DNA from: Clostridia bacterium | GTDB lineage: Bacteria; Bacillota; Clostridia; Oscillospirales; SIG627 | Assembly: GCA_017520825.1 (NCBI GenBank) | Contig: JAFXEX010000002.1 | Coordinates: 25,584 to 89,583, forward strand | DNA length: 64,000 bases | Direction: 5' to 3' | Shown: in pieces, positions 56,661 to 64,000 of the stretch | How the letters are laid out: every line of letters starts with the position of its first letter | Numbering within the stretch: the stretch's first letter is position 1 | Notes under the pieces: model-generated | Seen by the model: the letters and a program-made list of their open reading frames with translations, nothing else | Told to the model about the DNA's origin: nothing | Databases searched by the model: none | Made by a program: the position numbers and the translations under genes

Positions 56661-57497
56661 ATGAAAAAGTTTCTTTCAATTATGCTCGTGCTCTCCATGC
56701 TTGTAATGTGCTTTGCTCTTACAGCCTGCACAGAGAAGGACGAAATCGGTGGTGCTGACGATAAAACAGGCATCGAGGTAGGAACACCCAACAATGCTCA
56801 GGACGAAACTCCTGAAGAACCCACAGAAAAAGAAGTTATCAAGATGGCTACCAACGCTTACTTCAAGCCTTATGAATATTATGAAGGCGACAAGATAGTA
56901 GGTATTGATGCTGAAATCGCAGCAGCTATTGCAGAAGAGCTTGGTATGGAGCTTGTTATCGAGGATATGGAATTCGATACCATCATCACTGCTGTTAAGG
57001 GTGGTTCTGTTGACTTCGGTATGGCAGGTATGACCGTTACTGAAGACAGACTTCTCGAAATCAACTTCACAAACAGCTACGCATCAGGCGTACAGTCAAT
57101 CATCGTTAAGGAAGATTCACCCATCACAACGGTTGACGACCTTTACGCTGAGGGCGCTGCTTACAAGGTAGGCGTTCAGCAGGGTACAACCGGTGACATC
57201 TACTCAACAGACGACTTCGGCGCTGACAACGTAGTTCCCTACAACAACGGTAACAATGCAGTTCTTGCACTTGTTGGCGGTTCAGTTGACTGCGTTATCA
57301 TCGACAACGAGCCTGCAAAGGCACTTGTAGCAGCTAACGAAGGTCTCAAGATTCTTGACACCTCTTACGCTGACGAGGACTACGCAATCTGCGTTGCAAA
57401 GGAAAACACCGAGCTTCTTGAAAAGCTTAACAACGCTATCCTTACTCTCACTGCCAACGGCAAGATTGACGAGATTGTTGCTAAGTACATCAAGTAA
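56661..57497 (+). CDS. Amino-acid ABC transporter substrate-binding lipoprotein (family 3)
   Basis: Lipobox LTAC; a polar-amino-acid SBP-like fold pattern; ATG at 56661 after AAGGAGA. Confidence 0.85.
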   Translation: MKKFLSIMLVLSMLVMCFALTACTEKDEIGGADDKTGIEVGTPNNAQDETPEEPTEKEVIKMATNAYFKPYEYYEGDKIVGIDAEIAAAIAEELGMELVIEDMEFDTIITAVKGGSVDFGMAGMTVTEDRLLEINFTNSYASGVQSIIVKEDSPITTVDDLYAEGAAYKVGVQQGTTGDIYSTDDFGADNVVPYNNGNNAVLALVGGSVDCVIIDNEPAKALVAANEGLKILDTSYADEDYAICVAKENTELLEKLNNAILTLTANGKIDEIVAKYIK

Positions 57498-57528
57498 TTC
57501 TACGCGAAAAATATTATACTAATGCAAG

Positions 57529-57560
57529 AAAATAGGATAGTTTCGGCTTTCCTATTTTTT
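57529..57560 (+). terminator. Intra-operon hairpin/attenuator between the SBP and permease genes
   Basis: AAAATAGGA...TCCTATTTT stem followed by TTTTTTTG. Confidence 0.5.
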
Positions 57561-57579
57561 TGTACCTGAAAGGCATACA

Positions 57580-58971
57580 ATGATTAAGAACAAAAACTTA
57601 CGGCTCCTTGCCGTTATAGGTGTTTTAATAGTTGTCTGTGCGATAGCTCTTGGGATTGCAGTTGCAGTTGGAAACAGCAACAACACTGTAAAGCAGGAGC
57701 TTACCGTAGAGGATGCACAGAAAATGATAGACGGTGAGCTTGACAGACTGCCAGCAACCACTGCTCTTTGCGCAAAATATCTCCGACAGAACACCTCTGT
57801 GACGGTAAATAGCCTTGAATACGGAAACCAAAAAAATATAACACTCTCCTGTACATATAAAACCCTTGACATTTATTCCGTAATAAGCCAAAACGTCAAT
57901 GATTTTTTGAATATTGACACAAACGATTCAAAAACAGGAACCAAGAAAAACGCTACCAAGATACAGCTTGAAATCTACCAAAAGCTTCAGCCCCTTCTTG
58001 AAAAGGCTGAGGTGCTTGAAGGCGAGATGGAAATCGAGCTTTACGAAATGGAAGGAAAAGGGCTGACGGTATATCTTGAGGACGGTACCGTAAACACCTT
58101 CTTCGGTGGAATAATTGACGCCGAGGAGCTTGTGAATAGCGTTAACTCCATTAAGGTGGGCGATGAGGAGATTGACATTAGTAACCGTAACTCTCTCAGA
58201 CGTGGACTCGTACAGTGCTTTGACCTTATAAACTACGATTCTGCAAAGCCCGACACGTCCATTCCCGTTATCAAGACGTTAAACAAGCTTAAAACCGATT
58301 TTCACCGTAACTTTATAGAGGACAGCAGATGGAAGTATCTTGCAAGAGGCTTGGGCACTACCCTTTCCATAACGGCTCTTTCTCTCGTTCTCGGTCTTGT
58401 TATCGGCTTTATCGTAGCTATTATCAGATGCACCTTTGCAAAGACGGGAAAGCTTGAGCTTCTTGACAAAATATGCAGTCTCTACCTTTCTATTATGAGA
58501 GGTACTCCCGTAATGATACAGCTGTTGATAATCTATTTCGTTCTTCTCTTGCCTCTCGGCATTGAGAAGTTCACTGCAGCAGTGCTTTGCTTCGGTATAA
58601 ATTCCGGAGCGTACGTTGCAGAAATAGTGCGTGGTGGTATTATGTCGGTTGACAACGGTCAGATGGAGGCAGGAAGAAGCCTTGGCTTCAATTACGTTGC
58701 TACAATGTGGTTCATAGTTGTTCCCCAGGCAATAAAGGCAGTTCTTCCGGCACTTGCAAACGAGTTTATCGCACTTCTCAAGGAAACCTCCGTTGCCTTC
58801 TATATAGGCGTTGCCGACCTTACGCAGGGTGGCTTGAAGATACGCTCCATAACCTACAGTAACTTTATGCCCCTTATAGCCATAGGACTTATATACCTTG
58901 TGCTTGTGCTTGGTCTGTCCTATCTTGTTTCTCTGCTTGAAAGGAGGCTGAACAGAAGTGATAGAAGTTAA
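57580..58971 (+). CDS. Amino-acid ABC transporter permease (HEQRo family) with a ~235-aa N-terminal extracytoplasmic extension
   Basis: The C-terminal ~220 aa is a typical polar-amino-acid permease (EAA-like [23 protein letters not shown]). The N-terminus is a TM helix plus an unassigned soluble domain. Confidence 0.8.
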   Translation: MIKNKNLRLLAVIGVLIVVCAIALGIAVAVGNSNNTVKQELTVEDAQKMIDGELDRLPATTALCAKYLRQNTSVTVNSLEYGNQKNITLSCTYKTLDIYSVISQNVNDFLNIDTNDSKTGTKKNATKIQLEIYQKLQPLLEKAEVLEGEMEIELYEMEGKGLTVYLEDGTVNTFFGGIIDAEELVNSVNSIKVGDEEIDISNRNSLRRGLVQCFDLINYDSAKPDTSIPVIKTLNKLKTDFHRNFIEDSRWKYLARGLGTTLSITALSLVLGLVIGFIVAIIRCTFAKTGKLELLDKICSLYLSIMRGTPVMIQLLIIYFVLLLPLGIEKFTAAVLCFGINSGAYVAEIVRGGIMSVDNGQMEAGRSLGFNYVATMWFIVVPQAIKAVLPALANEFIALLKETSVAFYIGVADLTQGGLKIRSITYSNFMPLIAIGLIYLVLVLGLSYLVSLLERRLNRSDRS

Positions 58972-59689
58972 AAACCTTTATAAAAGCTTTGGTAAGAACG
59001 AAGAAATCAAGGTTCTTAAGGGAATTGACATAAAAATTGAAAAAGGTGAAAAAGTAGTAGTAATCGGACCCTCGGGTGGAGGTAAAAGCACCTTCCTCAG
59101 ATGTCTGAATATGCTTGAGGTTCCCACCTCGGGAGAAATATGGTTTGAGGGCAAGCTTGTGGACCCAAAGAAGCGTGAAATCAACAAGCTTCGTCAAAAA
59201 ATGGGAATGGTATTTCAACACTTCAACCTCTTCCCTCACCTGACCATACTTGACAATATCACCATTGCCCCCATAAAGCTGGGCCTTATGAACAAAAAGG
59301 ATGCAGAGCAGCGTGCAAGACAGCTTCTTGAAAGAATAGGGCTTTCCGACAAGGCGTCGGCTTATCCCTCTCAGCTTTCGGGTGGCCAGAAGCAAAGAAT
59401 AGCCATTGTCCGTGCCCTTGCTATGAATCCCGACGTGCTTCTTTTTGACGAGCCCACCTCTGCCCTTGACCCGGAAATGGTAGGAGAGGTATTGGAGCTT
59501 ATGAAGGAGCTTGCAAACGAGGGAATGACAATGGTTGTGGTAACTCACGAAATGGGCTTTGCAAAAGAGGTTGGCTCACGCATTCTCTTTATTGACGACG
59601 GAAAGATTGCAGAGGAGGCTCCCCCCGAGGAATTCTTCTCAGCTCCCAAAAATCCAAGACTCAAAGATTTCCTTTCAAAAGTGTTATAA
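58958..59689 (+). CDS. Amino-acid ABC transporter ATP-binding protein (GlnQ-like)
   Basis: [17 protein letters not shown] and [11 protein letters not shown] motifs; GTG start overlapping the permease end. Confidence 0.9.
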   Translation: MIEVKNLYKSFGKNEEIKVLKGIDIKIEKGEKVVVIGPSGGGKSTFLRCLNMLEVPTSGEIWFEGKLVDPKKREINKLRQKMGMVFQHFNLFPHLTILDNITIAPIKLGLMNKKDAEQRARQLLERIGLSDKASAYPSQLSGGQKQRIAIVRALAMNPDVLLFDEPTSALDPEMVGEVLELMKELANEGMTMVVVTHEMGFAKEVGSRILFIDDGKIAEEAPPEEFFSAPKNPRLKDFLSKVL

Positions 59690-59705
59690 TATAGTAGGAG
59701 AAAAT

Positions 59706-60047
59706 ATGGGATTGCTATCTCGTTTGTTTGAGCCCAAGCCGGGCAGTAAAAGATACAAGCTTATGATGGCTGAAAAATTCAATAATCTGATTATTGAATC
59801 GGTCACCGAAAGAATTGATAACGAAGAAATACTGGTTGGCAAAAGCGGTTCAATTTCAATCAAAGACAAAACCTTTATCATCTGCTGTGAAGGAAAGGTG
59901 GTTTTCCACGGCAACGCCGAGGAAATAACGGTTTCGGAGCTTATGAGCCGAAACGGTATAATAATCTCAGGCTTTGATGAGGAAAAAGGAGAGGTTCGCA
60001 CGGTGGTTGCGCACTTCTCGTACTACAGAAAATTGGAGAACGGTTAA
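59706..60047 (+). CDS. Hypothetical 113-aa protein
   Basis: ATG at 59706 after AGGAGAAAA. Its stop lies 1 nt before the aminopeptidase ATG. I recognise no motif. Confidence 0.55.
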   Translation: MGLLSRLFEPKPGSKRYKLMMAEKFNNLIIESVTERIDNEEILVGKSGSISIKDKTFIICCEGKVVFHGNAEEITVSELMSRNGIIISGFDEEKGEVRTVVAHFSYYRKLENG

Positions 60048-60048
60048 A

Positions 60049-61344
60049 ATGGAAAAGCTGAACTATGAGCTTCTGGAATTCATTCACTCCTCCCCCACTG
60101 CGTTTCACGCTGTAAATAATGCAAGAATACGTCTTGTGGAGGACGGATACACCGAGCTTTTTGAGTCGGACGGCTGGCTGCTTGAAAACGGAGGAAGATA
60201 TTTCGTAAGGCGTGGCGATTCTTCTCTGATCGCCTTCAGAATACCCGACGACGATTTCGACGGATACCAAATAGTTGCCTCTCATACAGACAGTCCCTGC
60301 TTTAAGCTTAAGCCGTCGTTTGAAATGACGGATAAGGGCTATTTGCGAATTTCGGCCGACAAATACGGTGGCGCCGTTCTTTCCAGCTGGCTTGACAGAC
60401 CGTTGTCCGTGGCTGGAAGAATATTCGTAAAGGAAAACTCAAAAATAGTTTCAAGGCTTGTGGATAGCAAGGACTGCACGGCGCTTATCCCCTCTCTTGC
60501 CCCACACTTAAAAGCCGATAAGGACACACCCCTTTCACCCTCCTTGGATATGTACGCGCTTCTCGGTGAAGCTAAGGACGATGGGACTCTTATAAAACAG
60601 CTTGCCACGTCGGCAGGCGTTGACCCTGAGAGCATCGTGTCACACGACTTATATCTTGTGAACAGACAGAAGGGCTACGTATGGGGAGAGAACAACTCCT
60701 TCGTTTCTTCCCCGAGACTTGACGACCTTCAATGCGTATTTGCTTCTCTCAAGGGATTTCTTCTCTCCTCCGACGAGGCAAACGTACCCGTTTTTGCAAT
60801 CTTTGACAGAGAGGAAGTAGGAAGTGAATCGGCAAACGGAGGAGCGTCTACCTTTCTCCCCGAGGTGCTTGAACGCATAAGCTTTGCTATGGGCAAGTCC
60901 CGTGCTCAGCATTTTACGCTTCTTGCCAACACCTTCTTTATTTCGGCAGACAACGCTCACGCCGTTCATCCAAATCACCCTGAAGCGACAGACCCCCACA
61001 ATAAGGGATATCTTAACTCAGGCATTGCCATTAAGCACAACGCAATGGGAAGATACGTAACCGATGCTGAAAGCTCGGCTATTATAAAAGCAATTTGCAA
61101 GAGCGCCGACCTTCCCTGCTTTGATTATACCAATCCAACGGGTATACAGGGTGGCTCTACTCTGGGTCACATAATGCAGACTCAGTTGTCGGTGGCAGGC
61201 GCAGACGTAGGTCTTCCTCAGCTTGCAATGCATTCCTCCTATGAGACGGCAGGCGCGAGGGATACCGAATATGCATTCCGCTTTTTCTCAGCCTTTTTCG
61301 GCTCTCACATCTACAAAATAGGTAATTGCTTCTCAATAGAATAA
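60049..61344 (+). CDS. M18 family aminopeptidase
   Basis: ASHTDSPCFKLKP and FDREEVGS motifs typical of M18/M42-type aminopeptidases; ATG at 60049. Confidence 0.85.
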   Translation: MEKLNYELLEFIHSSPTAFHAVNNARIRLVEDGYTELFESDGWLLENGGRYFVRRGDSSLIAFRIPDDDFDGYQIVASHTDSPCFKLKPSFEMTDKGYLRISADKYGGAVLSSWLDRPLSVAGRIFVKENSKIVSRLVDSKDCTALIPSLAPHLKADKDTPLSPSLDMYALLGEAKDDGTLIKQLATSAGVDPESIVSHDLYLVNRQKGYVWGENNSFVSSPRLDDLQCVFASLKGFLLSSDEANVPVFAIFDREEVGSESANGGASTFLPEVLERISFAMGKSRAQHFTLLANTFFISADNAHAVHPNHPEATDPHNKGYLNSGIAIKHNAMGRYVTDAESSAIIKAICKSADLPCFDYTNPTGIQGGSTLGHIMQTQLSVAGADVGLPQLAMHSSYETAGARDTEYAFRFFSAFFGSHIYKIGNCFSIE

Positions 61345-61356
61345 AAGTTTTTTCAA

Positions 61357-61391
61357 GCTCTCTCCAATTCTTTGTGAGAGAGCGCTTTTTT
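61357..61391 (+). terminator. Intrinsic terminator after the aminopeptidase gene
   Basis: GCTCTCTC-loop-GAGAGAGC followed by GCTTTTTT. Confidence 0.6.
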
Positions 61392-61524
61392 ATATGTAAA
61401 AGGAACAATTTTTATGTTTTTTTAAAAAATTCTTTTAAAATATAAAATTTAATTGCAATTTAATAAATATTTATTAAAATTTACATGCTATTATATAGCC
61501 ACACACCCGAAGGAGGTAAATTTT

Positions 61525-63003
61525 ATGTTGGAAAAAGACATTGAAAACGTAAACGGCTCTCTTACCGATGAATCGGTAACGGAACCTGTCAATAATGAAA
61601 GCGTTGCTGAAGAAACGGTAGAGCCTGAAGCAGAAGCAGTTGAAGAAGCGACTGCAGAGCCTGAGGCAGAGGCTATTGTCACAGAGGAAACAGAAGAAGT
61701 ATCCCACGTTGACGCCGAATACACACAACCGTCGGTGGAAAGCAGCTACGGTGGATTTTCACAAAAGTGGAATTACGAAAGATACGAAAGCAAAGCAAAA
61801 AACAAAGGCAGAGGTCTGAAGATTTTTGCAGTTGCAATGTCGTTTTTGTTTGTTGCAACCCTTTCTGCGTTTCTGACCTATTACGCAATCGATCAAAAAT
61901 CCGGAAACGACGCCGTATACGGAGGTGGCGCAGGTAAGCCCTCGTCACCCGTATCAAACCTCCCCGTAACCGAAAAGATAACAAACTCTGCAGTTACGTT
62001 TTACCCAGAGGTTTCGGGTCAATACACCGGCGAAGAGCTTTCAAGTCAGGAAATAATTGCTTTGGCTACTCCCAGCGTCGTAGGTATAAAGACCATGGTG
62101 GAGCAATACTATTCCTTCTACGGCACACAGACATATGAAGGAGTGGGCTCGGGCTTTATCATTACCGAGGACGGATATATCGTCACGAATTATCACGTTA
62201 TTGAAGACGCTGCAAGCATTAAGGTAATTCTCGAAAACGGAACTGAGTACGATGCAGAAACTGTAGGCTTCGACGAGCTTTCAGACGTAGCCGTTCTGAA
62301 AATAGACGGGCAAAACCTTCCGGCACTTGTTATAGGTAACTCTGATGCAGTTGTAGCAGGAGATACGGTTATTGCTATCGGTTGTCCTTCGGGAATCGAC
62401 CTTGCAGGAACCTCCACTCGCGGTATGGTGTCTATGGTAAACCGTGAAATTTCAATTACAGATTATTACGGACGAGTTCAGAAAATAATGAGCGTTATAC
62501 AGACAGACGCTGCCATTAACCCCGGTAACTCGGGTGGTCCCCTTCTCAATTCACGTGGTGAGGTTATAGGCATTAATACGCTCAAGCTCTCCTCCACAAG
62601 CTACGAGGGTATCGGCTTTGCACTTCCTATCAACGGCGTTATGAAGCTCGTTGACCAGATTTGTGAAAACGGAGCAGTTGTAGAGCGTCCTACCGATAGC
62701 TTTGTAACAGGTAAGGCAGCGCTGGGTATAACCTACAGAGAAATCACAGCTGCAGAGTCAAGAGAGTACCGACTTCCCCAGGGCGTCCTGGTAGTTCTTC
62801 TTTCACAGGGTGGCGCTGCTCAGCAGGGTGGTATGAAGAGTGGTGACGTAATCGTTGCCTTTGACGGTAATGATATTACCACCAAGGATGAGCTTATACA
62901 GCTTATTGATACCAAAAAGCCCGGAGATACCGTAGTAATCAAGGTTTACAGAGACGGAGATTATAAGGAGCTTGATATAACTCTTACGGAATCGTCAAGA
63001 TAA
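61525..63003 (+). CDS. htrA: HtrA/DegP-type S1C serine protease with a PDZ domain, a membrane anchor and an acidic N-terminal tail
   Basis: GSGFII, TNYHV and TDAAINPGNSGGPL (catalytic Ser) motifs plus a C-terminal PDZ; ATG at 61525 after AGGAGG. Confidence 0.9.
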   Translation: MLEKDIENVNGSLTDESVTEPVNNESVAEETVEPEAEAVEEATAEPEAEAIVTEETEEVSHVDAEYTQPSVESSYGGFSQKWNYERYESKAKNKGRGLKIFAVAMSFLFVATLSAFLTYYAIDQKSGNDAVYGGGAGKPSSPVSNLPVTEKITNSAVTFYPEVSGQYTGEELSSQEIIALATPSVVGIKTMVEQYYSFYGTQTYEGVGSGFIITEDGYIVTNYHVIEDAASIKVILENGTEYDAETVGFDELSDVAVLKIDGQNLPALVIGNSDAVVAGDTVIAIGCPSGIDLAGTSTRGMVSMVNREISITDYYGRVQKIMSVIQTDAAINPGNSGGPLLNSRGEVIGINTLKLSSTSYEGIGFALPINGVMKLVDQICENGAVVERPTDSFVTGKAALGITYREITAAESREYRLPQGVLVVLLSQGGAAQQGGMKSGDVIVAFDGNDITTKDELIQLIDTKKPGDTVVIKVYRDGDYKELDITLTESSR

Positions 63004-63013
63004 TCATTATATA

Positions 63014-63043
63014 AAAAACGACTTGTTCAAACAAGTCGTTTTT
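63014..63043. terminator. Bidirectional terminator after htrA
   Basis: AAAAACGACTTGT-tcaa-ACAAGTCGTTTTT. Confidence 0.7.
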
Positions 63044-63209
63044 TGTTTGAGGCTCAAGCCCTCTCTTCTATCGTAGCAAAATATAAAGCCTATCATCAAG
63101 CCGTAGGAAGATTTATACACGGCTTTGCCGTGATGATATACAGCCCACAGGTCTGATGAAATACACGCTAAAGCGTGATAATATACCAAGCCTGCGGCTT
63201 GGATAAACA

Positions 63210-63239
63210 AAAAAGGAACACCCTTCGGTGTTCCTTTTT
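63210..63239. terminator. Bidirectional terminator after tRNA-Val
   Basis: AAAAAGGAACACC-cttc-GGTGTTCCTTTTT. Confidence 0.7.
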
Positions 63240-63242
63240 GTT

Positions 63243-63318
63243 TGGTGGGGACTACAGGGCTCGAACCTGTGACCCTCTGCTTGTAAGGCAGATGCTCTCC
63301 CAGCTGAGCTAAACCCCC
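63243..63318 (-). tRNA. tRNA-Val (anticodon UAC), CCA encoded
   Basis: Reverse complement: GGGGGTTTAGCTCAGCTGGGAGAGCATCTGCCTTACAAGCAGAGGGTCACAGGTTCGAGCCCTGTAGTCCCCACCA. It has a cloverleaf with anticodon loop CTTACAA and a GGTTCGAGCC T-arm. Confidence 0.9.
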
Positions 63319-63328
63319 AACGCTGTCT

Positions 63329-63357
63329 ATATTAACATATAACAGCGTTTTTGTCAA
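63329..63357 (-). promoter_or_regulatory. Consensus promoter of the stand-alone tRNA-Val gene
   Basis: Minus strand: TTGACA, 17 nt, TAATAT, ending ~10 nt before the mature 5' end. A 7-bp inverted repeat (ACGCTGT/ACAGCGT) brackets the -10. Confidence 0.5.
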
Positions 63358-63373
63358 GCGTTTTTTGAAAAAA

Positions 63374-64000
63374 TTATTGATTTCTGTTCTGTGCGCAAAC
63401 GCTTGGGTAGAATTCTTCTACGGGGAAAGGCGTTGAGCAGAACATTGAGCAGGGATCGGTTACGCTGACAGGAGTCTTATCTGCCTCGGGAATACAAAAG
63501 TCACAAGCAGGTACGATGAGCTGTGACGGTCTCTCAATACGAACGAGAGCAAAAATACCGATGGTAAGACAAACTGCCATTGTATGACATCCCGTGTCAA
63601 GCCCACCGTCAAAGAGGCAGGATATCTGCTGAGGAATATTATCGTATTCGGGTGGAAGTGGAATTCCGTTGCAGTTTTCCACTACACTCACTGCCAGGGG
63701 TATAGGTGTTGCTACCTCAAGGACTACCTTGGGACGGTTTGAGCCGGGTATAACGTTATTGAGGTTGGGAGTTGCGCAAGGGTCGGAGTCGGTATCGGAC
63801 TTAAATACGCTTACGTTTCCTTCACCACCGTAAAGAACGACCGTTTTCTCACTGATGGCAAGGCCTTCAATATCCTGACTCGTTCCGTTTACACAACAGG
63901 TAAGCACCACGTAGAAATAATAACGTATATTTACCTGAAAATATCCACTGTTAAAGGGAAGCTCGTCTGTGTTGATTTGCGCCCAGATTACACGAACCTC
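63374..64000 (-). CDS. Cys-rich hypothetical protein, C-terminal part only (frame open to the window edge)
   Basis: The reading frame continues upstream of the GTG at 63910 without a stop (...EVRVIWAQINTDELPFNSGYFQVNIRYYFYVVLTCCVNG...). There are 11 Cys in the visible part (the 178 aa shown from the 63910 GTG, within ~208 aa of open frame). I recognise no family. Confidence 0.5.
   Translation of the reverse strand, partial: EVRVIWAQINTDELPFNSGYFQVNIRYYFYVVLTCCVNGTSQDIEGLAISEKTVVLYGGEGNVSVFKSDTDSDPCATPNLNNVIPGSNRPKVVLEVATPIPLAVSVVENCNGIPLPPEYDNIPQQISCLFDGGLDTGCHTMAVCLTIGIFALVRIERPSQLIVPACDFCIPEADKTPVSVTDPCSMFCSTPFPVEEFYPSVCAQNRNQ

Noticed and set aside
56444-56794. 116-aa minus-strand ORF in the rnfC / amino-acid-ABC intergenic region
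   Set aside because: The DNA is AT-rich promoter sequence, the translation is Ile/Phe/Asn/Lys-rich, and the ORF overlaps the SBP gene start on the opposite strand.
58889-59548. 219-aa minus-strand ORF
   Set aside because: It lies antisense to the ABC ATPase gene, which has all the Walker and signature motifs.
61600-61690. Imperfect direct repeat GAGCCTGA(A/G)GCAGA(A/G)GC in the 5' part of htrA
   Set aside because: It encodes the low-complexity acidic EPEAEA repeat of the cytoplasmic tail. It is coding low-complexity sequence, not a regulatory or mobile repeat.
63007-63357. 116-aa minus-strand ORF
   Set aside because: It reads straight through tRNA-Val, two terminator hairpins and the tRNA promoter, so it is not coding.
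1-64000. Search for CRISPR arrays, transposases, integrases, prophage genes, toxin-antitoxin pairs or known defence systems
   Set aside because: None was seen. No regularly spaced repeats, no recombinase or transposase-like ORFs, and no att-like duplication at the single tRNA were found.

Overview
This 64-kb window looks like a Firmicutes/Clostridia-type chromosome. That assignment is an inference from gene content: spoVG, a complete rnfCDGEAB operon, the rpmH-rnpA-yidD-yidC-jag-mnmE-mnmG-rsmG block, GGAGG-type RBSs and TTGACA-17-TATAAT promoters. GC looks moderate by eye but was not computed. I support about 58 protein genes, mostly on the minus strand. Two of them are below the 60-aa cutoff of the ORF track: rpmH and a 59-aa Cys-rich ORF. 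There is also one tRNA-Val(UAC), one lysine (L-box) riboswitch in front of an NhaC-family transporter, and many intrinsic terminators and near-consensus sigma-70 promoters. I saw no rRNA, CRISPR array, transposase, integrase, phage gene or recognisable defence system. Most of the window is housekeeping: ribosomal proteins, tRNA-modification enzymes, the dnaG-sigma operon, murC, uppP, ppa, Rnf, an amino-acid ABC importer, an M18 aminopeptidase and HtrA. The one clearly accessory and poorly understood block is a ~12-kb, seven-gene minus-strand operon at 8.5-20.9 kb. It encodes two ABC permease pairs, one giant (~1078 aa) CBM-like plus solute-binding protein, an NHL-propeller/TPR/Yip1 membrane fusion and a 944-aa secreted protein, with no ATPase. 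This is my best candidate for an undescribed system. Other notable points:
- tandem full-length RpoD/SigA paralogs downstream of dnaG;
- a Cys4 knuckle fused to the lysine-riboswitch-controlled NhaC protein;
- a perfect 13-bp inverted-repeat operator over a consensus promoter next to a SorC regulator;
- a NusG-II/Gx-transporter/ApbE flavinylation module near Rnf;
- an rpmH cluster that lacks dnaA and oriC next to it.
All coordinates for start-codon reassignments, hairpins and promoters were read by hand. No database search or folding computation was possible.
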